A stretch of DNA of 64,000 bases from Alphaproteobacteria bacterium (GTDB lineage: Bacteria; Pseudomonadota; Alphaproteobacteria; SP197), in contig OZ245842.1 in NCBI GenBank assembly GCA_965228895.1, forward strand, positions 1,696,001 to 1,760,000, given 5' to 3'. The translations under genes and the position numbers were made by a program. The notes under the pieces are model-generated. The model had not been told where the DNA came from. It did no database searches and was given only the letters and a program-made list of their open reading frames with translations. Positions within the stretch are counted from its first letter, which is position 1, and each line of letters starts with the position of its first letter. Positions 18,309 through 27,007 of the stretch are shown here, piece by piece.

Positions 18309-19634
18309 ATGGCAACACGTGTGAATGTGGCCGCACAGGCGGATCTGGACAAGGCGGTCGACGAAGCGGTTGACGCATTTATCGCCGCCAACCCGAAGAG
18401 CCGCGCCGAGGACGAAAAAGCCGCCGCCTCGATGCCCGGCGGCAACACCCGCACGGTGCTCTTTTATCCGCCGTTCCCGCTGACCATCGCGCGCGGCGAA
18501 GGCGCCTATGTCTGGGACATCGACGACCACAAGTATGCCAACTTCGTCGGTGAGTTCGGCGCCGGCCTGTTCGGCCACTCGGATACGCGGATCAGCGATG
18601 CCATCAACCGCGCCGTCAGCGACGGTACGGTGCTGGGCGGGCCGAACCGATACGAACGCCTCCTGGCCGCCGAGCTGGTCAACCGTTTCCCGGCGCTCGA
18701 TCTCGTGCGTTTCACCAATTCCGGCACCGAGGCCAACCTGTTCGCCGTCCTGACCGCGCGCGCCGTTAGCGGCCGCGACAAGGTGATGGTGTTCACCGGC
18801 GCCTATCATGGCGGCGTCTTCATCTTCGGTCATGGCGGTTCGCCGCTGACTGCACCCTTCGAGTATGTCGTCGCGCCGTTCAATGACACCGAAGCGACCC
18901 TGGCGCTGATCGACGAACACGCCAAGGATCTTGGCTGCGTCATCATCGAGCCGATGCAGGGCGGCGCCGGCTGTATTGCCGCCGAACCATCATTCCTGCA
19001 GGCGATCCGCGACGCCACCGAACGCCATGGTGTGATCTTGATTTTCGACGAGGTCGTGACGTCGCGGCTGTCGGGAGGCGGTCTGCACGGGAAACTGGGA
19101 ATCACGCCGGACATGATTGCGCTCGGCAAGTACATCGGCGGCGGCGCGACGTTTGGCGCGTTCGGTGGACGCCGCGACATCATGAAACACTACGATCCCC
19201 ATGAGCCCAACGCCTTCGCCCATGCCGGCACGTTCAACAACAACGTCATCACCCACTCGGCCGGCGCGACGGCGATGACCCAGATCTATACGCCGGAGGT
19301 CGCAGAGAGCTTCAACGCGGATGGCGACGCCATGCGCGACGCGCTTAACGCCGTGATCAACAAGCACGGCTTGCCGATGATCACCACGGGTCTGGGTACG
19401 GCCATGAAGATCCATTCATGCACCGGACCGATCCGCAATGAACACGACGCGGATCGCGGCTCGGCCACGAAGGACAAACTGATCTATTACGATATGCTGG
19501 CGCGCGGCCAGCGCATGACGTGGCGTAACTCCATGCTGCTCAGCCTGCCGCTGACTCAGGACGACCGTGACGCCTTCGTCGCCGCGTTCGATGACGTGCT
19601 CGGTGCGCGTGCGCACCTGTTGGCCATCGAGTAA
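18309..19634 (+). CDS. Class-III aminotransferase (glutamate-1-semialdehyde aminomutase-like)
   Basis: MPGGNTR, RFTNSGTEAN, LIFDEVVTSR, ALGKYIGGG, HAGTFNNN; RBS GAGGGGA before ATG 18309. Confidence 0.9.
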   Translation: MATRVNVAAQADLDKAVDEAVDAFIAANPKSRAEDEKAAASMPGGNTRTVLFYPPFPLTIARGEGAYVWDIDDHKYANFVGEFGAGLFGHSDTRISDAINRAVSDGTVLGGPNRYERLLAAELVNRFPALDLVRFTNSGTEANLFAVLTARAVSGRDKVMVFTGAYHGGVFIFGHGGSPLTAPFEYVVAPFNDTEATLALIDEHAKDLGCVIIEPMQGGAGCIAAEPSFLQAIRDATERHGVILIFDEVVTSRLSGGGLHGKLGITPDMIALGKYIGGGATFGAFGGRRDIMKHYDPHEPNAFAHAGTFNNNVITHSAGATAMTQIYTPEVAESFNADGDAMRDALNAVINKHGLPMITTGLGTAMKIHSCTGPIRNEHDADRGSATKDKLIYYDMLARGQRMTWRNSMLLSLPLTQDDRDAFVAAFDDVLGARAHLLAIE

Positions 19635-19648
19635 CCTGCAACACCATT

Positions 19649-19741
19649 GCGTCCCGGACTTGATCCGGGACCCATGAACACGATCCGAGCCGAATCATGC
19701 GCAGTCGGTGTTCAAGGGCCCCGGCACTACGGCCGGGGCGC
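19649..19741. repeat. REP/RPE-like palindromic element between convergent genes
   Basis: TCCCGGA-cttga-TCCGGGA hairpin, CCCATGAACAC...GTGTTCAAGGG stem, CCCCGGC-actacg-GCCGGGG hairpin; typical alphaproteobacterial CCGGACTTGATCCGGG element. Confidence 0.7.
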
Positions 19742-19774
19742 GAGGATGTTGTGAGGACGGCTAAGAAACGAACG

Positions 19775-20581
19775 TTAGTTTTCGGCGGTCCTTATAGCAC
19801 CGCCGACATCGCCCGATGCCAGTTCGGCGGCGTCGAAGTCGGGGTTGGCTTCCGGGATTTCCAGATGGAGATCGATCGTGTGATCGAGCGACAGGTGCCC
19901 GCTTGCTAGCGTGAAGTCGGTCATGTGGCCACCGCATGTCCGGGCATCGTCGATGAAGTGCAGGTGATAGCCGGGCACGTTGATGCCGACCGTGTAGTCG
20001 GGCAGACGAAAGCCCAATAGCGTGCCCGCGATGTCCTCGTACTCGTAGACCGGCTGGTGCTTCACGGCCTCGACAAGCGGCGGGTAGGGGCGTCCCTGAC
20101 GGGGCACCGTCCGTACTTTCATGTGAGAGAACCGGCCATCCAGACGGATGGCGTAGAAACCGTTCTTTTTCGGCGCGAGTTCGTTGAGCAGGGCCTCGAA
20201 GGCCGGCCGGTCCAGGGGACCGCCGACATCCTGCTCGTGTTCGGCCTCAAAGAACATGACGGTGGCCCAGGGTGTCTTCCAGTCGGCGGCGACGTCGTGT
20301 GCTTTGCCATCCGCGCGCAGGGCATAGAAGTCGCCATCGATCAGGATCATTTCGCCGTCGAGTGCGTTGAACGTGCCTAGACCAAAATCGCCGTGTTCGG
20401 CGAGCTCGCCGAAGGTCAGGTCGCCGTCATAGACGCCCTGCAGCAGCGCGGAGACGGTCGATGACTGAAAGAACTCGTGGGCTGCCCGGTGATCGTCATG
20501 CAGACCGTGTGCACCGTCATGGTGGGCATGAAGGGCCCGCAAAAAGATGAGTTCGGTGTCCTGCTTCCCGTTTCGATCCAT
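19775..20581 (-). CDS. budA: Alpha-acetolactate decarboxylase
   Basis: FQSSTVSALLQGVYDGD, HGDFGLGTFNALDGEM, GYHLHFI...GGH zinc motif. Confidence 0.9.
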   Translation of the reverse strand: MDRNGKQDTELIFLRALHAHHDGAHGLHDDHRAAHEFFQSSTVSALLQGVYDGDLTFGELAEHGDFGLGTFNALDGEMILIDGDFYALRADGKAHDVAADWKTPWATVMFFEAEHEQDVGGPLDRPAFEALLNELAPKKNGFYAIRLDGRFSHMKVRTVPRQGRPYPPLVEAVKHQPVYEYEDIAGTLLGFRLPDYTVGINVPGYHLHFIDDARTCGGHMTDFTLASGHLSLDHTIDLHLEIPEANPDFDAAELASGDVGGAIRTAEN

Positions 20582-20590
20582 CGCTCGTCT

Positions 20591-22213
20591 CTAGGCCTTG
20601 TAGACGATCTCGCCACCGACAATGGTGGTGGTCACCTGGACATTCTTAAGGTCCAGGCTGTCGATGGTCCAGGGATCGCGGTCCAGTACGGCGAAGTCAG
20701 CCAGCTTGCCGATCTCTATCGAACCTTTCAGATCCTCCTCGAAGCCGGTCCACGCGCCCAGGGTCGTATAGGTGCGCAATGCCTCGGTCACCGTGATCGC
20801 CTGGCTCTTGCCGAGCGGGCCGCCGGAATCGGAACGCCGGTTGACCAGGCTGTCGAAAACCGGCCACGGGTTGGTCGAGCAGATGTTGGCATCGGAATGG
20901 CCGGGCGCCGGGACACCCGCATCGATCAGATTGCGGTGCGGCCACATATCCTCCATGGCCGGCTCGCCGCGATTGTTACGGTAGGCATCGCCCAGATCGT
21001 ACATGAAGCCGGTGGCCGAGCTGTCCGTCACGTCGAGGTCTTTCAGTCGTTTGATCAGCGGCGCCGTGACGTAACAACAATGCTCGACCCGGCTGCGGTG
21101 GTCGTCTTTGGGGTGGGCCTTAAGTGCGGCTTCGATGGCGTCCAGCGCAAAGTCGATGCCACGGTCACCGACGCCTTCGACACAGACCCTGAGCCCGGCC
21201 TGGTGACAGCGTACGACCTTTTCCGTGAGGTCGTCGGCGTCATAGAGCAGCATGCCGGTGTTGGGCACAGGCTCGCCGGGCACGGCTTCGCCGACATAGG
21301 GCTCGTAGTAGGCGGCGGTGCGGCCGCTGGTCGAACAGTCCGGGCACCATTCGATGCCGACAATGCGCAGCCACGCGTCGCCGAAACCAGTGCGGAGGCC
21401 GGCCTTCAACACGTCCTCGGTCATCTGATCGTCGTCGCCGTTGACGATGATGCCAACGCGCATGGCAAGCTCATCGACCTCCAAGAGGTTCATGTAGGCT
21501 TCGACACCGCGCGGCTTGGTCAGGCTGTTGTGCATCGACGTCACGCCGTTGCGCAGATAAAGCCCGAAGACATGCTTCAGGCCCTCGGCATACTGATCGA
21601 CCGTGTAGGCCTCGTTCATCTTCAAGATCATCTGACGTGCGGCGGCTTCGCGCAGCAAACCCGTCATCCGCCCGCTTTCGTCTCGGTCGTAGCGGCCGTG
21701 GGGTGGATCGGCCGCATCGTCGGGGATGTCGAAAACGCGCAGCATGGCGGTGTTGACGACGGCGATATGGCCATCGGTCCGTCCGATATAGACCGGCTTA
21801 CCACGGGCGACGGCGTCGAGTTGATCCAGGGTCGGGTAACCGCCGCATTTCCGGTCGTCATAACCGAAGGCGCGGAACCAGTCGCCATCGGCCATCGTCG
21901 CGGTTTTCTCCTCGACCAGCTTGAGCATGGCGTCGACCGAGCCGATTCGGTTGGGTTTGACCTCTTCCCACAGGGTCGCGGTGATGGCGTGGGAGTCTGG
22001 ATGGCAATGGCTGTCGATCAGGCCAGGCACAACCGTCTGCCCAGCGAGATTGATGACGTGGGTCGTGTCGCCGCGCCACGCCATCACATCATCGCTCGCA
22101 CCAGTAGCGATGATACGGCCCTGCCAGCATGCCACCGCGTCGACAATCGTTTCGGCTTGATCCAGCGTCGCAATCTTGCCGCCATGCAGGATGAGTTCGG
22201 CTTTAAACGTCAC
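20591..22213 (-). CDS. YtcJ/NfdA-like amidohydrolase (Amidohydro_3), variant active site
   Basis: PGLIDSHCH, TGLLRE, RVEHC, GHSD, KGSIEIGKLADF; GTG start with AGGAG RBS. Confidence 0.9.
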   Translation of the reverse strand: MTFKAELILHGGKIATLDQAETIVDAVACWQGRIIATGASDDVMAWRGDTTHVINLAGQTVVPGLIDSHCHPDSHAITATLWEEVKPNRIGSVDAMLKLVEEKTATMADGDWFRAFGYDDRKCGGYPTLDQLDAVARGKPVYIGRTDGHIAVVNTAMLRVFDIPDDAADPPHGRYDRDESGRMTGLLREAAARQMILKMNEAYTVDQYAEGLKHVFGLYLRNGVTSMHNSLTKPRGVEAYMNLLEVDELAMRVGIIVNGDDDQMTEDVLKAGLRTGFGDAWLRIVGIEWCPDCSTSGRTAAYYEPYVGEAVPGEPVPNTGMLLYDADDLTEKVVRCHQAGLRVCVEGVGDRGIDFALDAIEAALKAHPKDDHRSRVEHCCYVTAPLIKRLKDLDVTDSSATGFMYDLGDAYRNNRGEPAMEDMWPHRNLIDAGVPAPGHSDANICSTNPWPVFDSLVNRRSDSGGPLGKSQAITVTEALRTYTTLGAWTGFEEDLKGSIEIGKLADFAVLDRDPWTIDSLDLKNVQVTTTIVGGEIVYKA

Positions 22214-22224
22214 GGACAGCTCCT

Positions 22225-22503
22225 CTAAGCAGCGTTCTCTACTTCAGCTTTGATGCGTTCGCCGAGCTCACGTTCGGCAACAGCAAGCTCGTACTGGCTC
22301 TGCAAATTCATCCAGAATTGAGGTGTTGTGCCGAAGTACGCCGCAAGACGCAGAGCTGTCTCCGCGCTGATGCCGCGCTTGCCATTAACGATCTCAGTAA
22401 CCCGTCCTGAAGGCACGCGCAGTGCCAAGGCAAGCTTGTTTGCTGACAACGCTCGTGACTCGAGTTCACGAGCGAGAATTCGTCCGGGATGTACGGGTAG
22501 CAT
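22225..22503 (-). CDS. higA: HigA antitoxin (HTH)
   Basis: VHPGRIL, LALALRVP, EIVNGKRGISAETALRLAAYFGTTPQFWMNLQ. Confidence 0.92.
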   Translation of the reverse strand: MLPVHPGRILARELESRALSANKLALALRVPSGRVTEIVNGKRGISAETALRLAAYFGTTPQFWMNLQSQYELAVAERELGERIKAEVENAA

Positions 22504-22506
22504 TTG

Positions 22507-22794
22507 CTAACCTCTGTGATAGTTGACGATCTCGACGTCGTAGGCATCACCGTCGCGGAAGCGAAAACAGATACGCCAAGGCCCATTGACTGTCATGGCC
22601 CATTGGCCCCGCCGATCACCTTTAAGCTTATGAAGTCCGATGCTCTTCAACGGGCTTAGATCACGCAGTGCAGTGGCAGCATTGAGCGATGCGAGGAGAT
22701 CGAAAGCCGCACGCGTGTCCAATCCTCCAAATCCGCGTGATCTACCGGTCTCCGCAAACCGACGCGTTGCCGACGATCCCCAAGTCTGGATCAT
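22507..22794 (-). CDS. higB: HigB toxin (RelE family)
   Basis: LHKLKGDRRGQWAMTVNGPWRICFRFRDGDAYDVEIVNYH; toxin-first order upstream of higA. Confidence 0.9.
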   Translation of the reverse strand: MIQTWGSSATRRFAETGRSRGFGGLDTRAAFDLLASLNAATALRDLSPLKSIGLHKLKGDRRGQWAMTVNGPWRICFRFRDGDAYDVEIVNYHRG

Positions 22795-22799
22795 GATTG

Positions 22800-22828
22800 A
22801 GCGTACTACGTTTCCCGTAGTATGGCAA
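22800..22828 (-). promoter_or_regulatory. higBA sigma70 promoter with overlapping operator; probably leaderless transcript
   Basis: Minus strand reads TTGCCA-N17-TACGCT-caatc-ATG; perfect inverted repeat TACTACG-N5-CGTAGTA (22804-22822) fills the spacer; no SD possible. Confidence 0.7.
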
Positions 22829-22833
22829 ACGTA

Positions 22834-24465
22834 TCAACTCGCTTCGAAGACGGTCTTGCCGCCGACGATGGTCTCCGTGACCGCCATATCGCGCAGCTGT
22901 TCCGTCTCCATCGACCAGGGATCGTCGTCCAGAATGGCGAAATCCGCCAGTTTGCCCGGCGCGATATCGCCTTTCAGATCCTCTTCAAATCCGGTCCAGG
23001 CGCCCAGTGTCGTATAGGTGCGCAGCGCCTCGGTGACGGAGATCTTCTGGGTCTGGCCGAAAGGCTGGCCGGTATCGGTCTTGCGGTTGACCAGGCTGTA
23101 GAAGACGAGCCACGGATTGGTCGAGCAGACATTGGCGTCGGAATGACCGGGCGCGGGCACGCCGGCGTCGATCAGGGCGCGGTGCGGAAACATGTGGTCC
23201 ATCGCCTGGCCGCCGCGGTTGGCGATATAGGCATCGCCCAGGCTGTACATGAAGCCGGTCGCCGAGCTGTCGGTGACCTCCAGCTTTTTCAACCGTTCCA
23301 GGATCGCCGGCGTCACGTTGCAGCAGTGCTCAACCCGGCTGCGGTGGTCGTCGCGCGGGGTCTCCTTAAGCGCTGCTTCGATGGCGTCGAGGGCGAAGTC
23401 GATGCCGCGGTCGCCCAGACCCTCGACACAGACGCGCAAGCCCGCCTTGTGGGCGCGTTTGACGCGCGGGATCAGGTCCTCGGCCGTATAGAGCAGCATG
23501 CCGGTGTTCGGTACCGGCTCGCCCGGCACGGGCTCGCCGATATAGGGATCATAAAAGGCCGCGGTGCGGCCACTGACCGAGCAGTCCGGGCACCATTCGA
23601 TGCCGACCACACGAATCCATTCGTCGCCGAAGCCGGTCTTGATGCCGGCGCCGATATAGCCGTCGACCATGTCCTCGTCGCGCCCGTCGATGATGATGCC
23701 CATGCGCATGGTGAGGTCGCCGTCCTCGCGCATGCGCTGATAGGCGTGGACGGCCTTCTGCTGGGTCAGGCTGTTGTGGAGCGAGGTCACGCCGTGGCGG
23801 TGATACATCGGGAAGACCTGCTTCAGGCCCGCGATATAGTCGTCGACCGAATAGGCCTGTTTCATCTGGCCTTCCAGGTCCCACGCTGCCATCTCGCGCA
23901 TCAGGCCGGTCAGCTTGCCGGTTTCGGGATCGCGGTCGTATTGGCCGTGCGGTGGGTTTTCGACGTCTTCGGCGACACCGAAATGCTCGAACGTCGCGCT
24001 GTTGACGACGGCGATGTGGTGGTCGGTGCGGCCGATCCAGACCGGCTTGCCGTTGCCGGCCTTGTCGAGCTGCTCGCGTGTCGGATAGCCACCGCATTTC
24101 TGATCGTTCCAGCCCTGGCCGCGAAACATCTCGCCTGGTCCCATGGCGGCGGTCTTGGAGTCGATCAGGTTCAGAAGCGCCTCGATGCTCTCCGTCGCCT
24201 CCGGCCCGACGTCTTCCCATAGATACTCGTTGATGGCGTGGGCGTCGGGATGGCAATGGCTGTCGATGATGCCGGGAATGGCGGTCTTGCCGCCAAGGTC
24301 GACCGTCCGTGTCCCTGGGCCGGCAAGCGCGTCGGCGTCACCATCGGATCCCACGGCGATAATACGCCCGTTCCAGCAAGCCACCGCTTCGGCGACAGAT
24401 TCGCCGTCATCCAGGGTGGCGATACGTCCGTTTTTCAGAATCAGGTCGGCCGACAAGCTCGGCAT
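22834..24465 (-). CDS. YtcJ/NfdA-like amidohydrolase, tandem paralog of 20591-22213
   Basis: PGIIDSHCH, GIEWCPDCS, RVEHCC, GHSD; colinear with the paralog; RBS AAGGAGG. Confidence 0.9.
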   Translation of the reverse strand: MPSLSADLILKNGRIATLDDGESVAEAVACWNGRIIAVGSDGDADALAGPGTRTVDLGGKTAIPGIIDSHCHPDAHAINEYLWEDVGPEATESIEALLNLIDSKTAAMGPGEMFRGQGWNDQKCGGYPTREQLDKAGNGKPVWIGRTDHHIAVVNSATFEHFGVAEDVENPPHGQYDRDPETGKLTGLMREMAAWDLEGQMKQAYSVDDYIAGLKQVFPMYHRHGVTSLHNSLTQQKAVHAYQRMREDGDLTMRMGIIIDGRDEDMVDGYIGAGIKTGFGDEWIRVVGIEWCPDCSVSGRTAAFYDPYIGEPVPGEPVPNTGMLLYTAEDLIPRVKRAHKAGLRVCVEGLGDRGIDFALDAIEAALKETPRDDHRSRVEHCCNVTPAILERLKKLEVTDSSATGFMYSLGDAYIANRGGQAMDHMFPHRALIDAGVPAPGHSDANVCSTNPWLVFYSLVNRKTDTGQPFGQTQKISVTEALRTYTTLGAWTGFEEDLKGDIAPGKLADFAILDDDPWSMETEQLRDMAVTETIVGGKTVFEAS

Positions 24466-24497
24466 CGATGACCTCCTTGTTGTTCTTCGCTAAGGGC

Positions 24498-25748
24498 TCA
24501 GTCGTTGGTCAGATAGTCATAGGCCGACAGCACGTGGCTCTTCACGGTGTGCAGGAAGTCGTCGACCGGCACGTGTTCGTCGCGCTGGCCCATGCCTTCG
24601 GGCGAGGGGCCGTAGACATAGCCGCCGATACCCTGGTAACGCCATAGGCGCGCGTCCGTGCCGCCCAGGCTGATGACAGGCGTCGGCCTGAAGCCGCGCA
24701 GATCTTCGACGTTGTTCTGCAGGTGCGTCACCATCTCGCCATAGGGATCGCACCACGACGGTGCGGTGTAGTTGATCTCCTCCATCTCGACATTGGGATG
24801 GCGCGCCAGCACGTCGTCGATGACTTTCTGAACTTGCTCTTTTTCGCAGCCGACCGGCAGCCGGACATCGGCCTCCACCGAGCATTCGTCGGGCACCATG
24901 TTGACCTTCAGACCGGCATTGATGCGGCCGATATTGAGTGTCACCTTTTGCACGATACCGCTGGCGCCTTCGCCCATGGCGCGGTCGGTTTCTTCGCGCG
25001 CATCCTCCAGCGCCTTGCCGACATTGTGCGGCGCCGGCGTGTCGATATCTTCGATCGCCTTGAGGTCATGGCAGAACGCCATCGCCTCCCATGAGGCGCT
25101 GCCGCCGGCATGCACATAAGCACCGTGCGCGCCGCGGGTGCGGATGTGGAAGTTGATCCACCACGGGCCCTTTTCGCCGAAACGGATCGAATAGGGACTG
25201 GACGGCTCGCCGTTCAGGCAGCAGTCGCCATGGACCTCGGGCAGATGCTCGATCAGGTAGCGCGCGCCCCACGGGCCAAAGGTTTCCTCGTCGGAGACGC
25301 AGGTCAGCGTTAGCTTGCCCTTGAGCGCCTCGCGGATGCGGTGGAGGTACATGAAGGTGAAGATCGACGTGCTGGTGCCGCATTTCATGTCGGCGGAGCC
25401 GCGCCCCCAGACCGCGTCGTCGGCGACAGCGCCCGACCATGGACCGCCATGCTGCCAGCCGTCATCGGCGGCCGGGAACACATCGATATGGCCATTCAGG
25501 ACCAGATGTTTGCCGTCGCCGTCGCCGTCGAAGCTGCCGACGACGTTAGGGAACAGTGGCTCGGGATCAACAATCCGAAACGCCAGGTCGTGCTCGTTCA
25601 GGAACGTGCTGATATGCGCAACGGCGTCGCGGGTGTCGCCCGGCGGGTTGGGGCTGGGCGTGGCGACAAACTGGCTATAGAAGCCGATGAGTTTGTCGCG
25701 ATCTTCATCGATCCATTGCAGAAGCTGCTGCTTCATATCGCCCATCAC
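24498..25748 (-). CDS. M20 metallopeptidase / ArgE-DapE family deacylase
   Basis: LNGHIDV, GRGSADMK, DEE, GEP, GGTDAR, DEHV. Confidence 0.9.
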   Translation of the reverse strand: MMGDMKQQLLQWIDEDRDKLIGFYSQFVATPSPNPPGDTRDAVAHISTFLNEHDLAFRIVDPEPLFPNVVGSFDGDGDGKHLVLNGHIDVFPAADDGWQHGGPWSGAVADDAVWGRGSADMKCGTSTSIFTFMYLHRIREALKGKLTLTCVSDEETFGPWGARYLIEHLPEVHGDCCLNGEPSSPYSIRFGEKGPWWINFHIRTRGAHGAYVHAGGSASWEAMAFCHDLKAIEDIDTPAPHNVGKALEDAREETDRAMGEGASGIVQKVTLNIGRINAGLKVNMVPDECSVEADVRLPVGCEKEQVQKVIDDVLARHPNVEMEEINYTAPSWCDPYGEMVTHLQNNVEDLRGFRPTPVISLGGTDARLWRYQGIGGYVYGPSPEGMGQRDEHVPVDDFLHTVKSHVLSAYDYLTND

Positions 25749-25766
25749 AACTCTCCGTTTGCGTAA

Positions 25767-26675
25767 TCAGGTTTGCCGCGGCTGAACCGCGTTGATCGGA
25801 ACATCCGGCCAGTAAGGCAGGGTGTGCCGTCGCGGTGACCAGGACCCCGCTGCGATCAGGCCGTTCACGTGGTCGGCGATTTCGTCCATGCGTGCGAACC
25901 AGACATCGCCCTTCGCCAGCATGTGTTCGATGAGTTGTTCGATCGCCATGGCGCGCGCCAGCCGGCCGCTGACAAAGGGATGCCAGACCGCGCACCAGAA
26001 CGCGCCGTGCTCCCAGGCCGCGTCGAACTCCTCGACATGGACCTTGTAGGCTTCTGACGGTGCCTTGATCGGCTGGCTGACGCCGAAGTCGGGAAACGAC
26101 ACATACTGCGTCCAGTCATCAAGCGGCCAATGGCTGGGCAGTTCGACCAGACTGCCGCGATCATTCTCGATCACGTAGGGAATGTCGTCGCCCATCAGCG
26201 AGGCGTCGTAGATCATCCCGTGATCCTGCAGGAAATCCAGGGTGCGGCGTGACATGGCATAAGACGGTGCGCGAAAGCCGCGCGGAGACGAGCCTGAGGC
26301 CTTTTCGATGGCCTCGACACCGCGCGCGACATCATCGGCTTCTTCGTTATCCGACATCAGGTTCGGCTTGCCGTGAAGCCAGCCGTGGTGAGCGATCTCG
26401 TGGCCGTCTTCGAGAATGGCCTGGATCGTCGCGGGGTAGTTCTCCACGCACCAACCGGGAATGAAGAAGGTTTGCCGCAAATCGAACTTCTTGTAGATAT
26501 CCAGAATGCGCGGCACGCCCACCTCTGGGCCGTAGCGCAAGTCGGACGTGCTGGCCAGGCGCGTGTCTGCGGTCTCGGCATGTTTGATGTGAATCAGGCT
26601 TTCACCGTCCATGTCGAAGGTGAAGGCCACAGCGCAGCGGGCCCCGTTAGGCCAGGGCAGGGGATTTCTCAGCAT
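25767..26675 (-). CDS. Polysaccharide deacetylase family (PuuE / HP0310-like) hydrolase
   Basis: WPNGARCAVAFTFDMD, TFFIPG, HEIAHHGWLH, GFRAP, WHPFVSGR. Confidence 0.88.
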   Translation of the reverse strand: MLRNPLPWPNGARCAVAFTFDMDGESLIHIKHAETADTRLASTSDLRYGPEVGVPRILDIYKKFDLRQTFFIPGWCVENYPATIQAILEDGHEIAHHGWLHGKPNLMSDNEEADDVARGVEAIEKASGSSPRGFRAPSYAMSRRTLDFLQDHGMIYDASLMGDDIPYVIENDRGSLVELPSHWPLDDWTQYVSFPDFGVSQPIKAPSEAYKVHVEEFDAAWEHGAFWCAVWHPFVSGRLARAMAIEQLIEHMLAKGDVWFARMDEIADHVNGLIAAGSWSPRRHTLPYWPDVPINAVQPRQT

Positions 26676-26768
26676 GGGGACCTGTAAAGAACGGCACGTG
26701 GTGTCGTGTTGTGACTTTAGGCGACAACTCCGTGGCGGGCAAACCCCTTTGCACCCGACAAGTCGGTC

Positions 26769-26984
26769 ATGACGCTAACGGTTACCCTCATCGCGTTGGC
26801 CGTTGTCGTCGCGTTGTTTGTTCTTGCTTACATCCGCGCGCACCGGCCGCTCGATCCCGGACGTCCACGTATGATTCCCTGGTTCGGGATTCAGATGGTC
26901 TGCCTCGTTTTCATCGTCGTCCTGCTCGCCCATCTCGTGTCCCTATTGACAGGTACGCCTCTGATGAGCCGTCGCGGCTACTAG
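26769..26984 (+). CDS. Small two-TM membrane protein
   Basis: Two hydrophobic segments around PGRPRMIPW. Confidence 0.6.
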   Translation: MTLTVTLIALAVVVALFVLAYIRAHRPLDPGRPRMIPWFGIQMVCLVFIVVLLAHLVSLLTGTPLMSRRGY

Positions 26985-27007
26985 GCATCGCGGCGGGCGG
27001 ACTCTGC

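Noticed and set aside
18309-19634. hemL (tetrapyrrole synthesis)
   Set aside because: PGGNTR-type paralog in a catabolic context; alphaproteobacteria normally make ALA by the Shemin route.
20477-22228. 583-aa ORF antisense to the amidohydrolase (likewise 4915-6414, 9580-11127, 22822-24222, 14437-15417, 57577-58599)
   Set aside because: Shadow ORFs expected from high-GC codon bias; no motifs, and the opposite strand has a clear gene.
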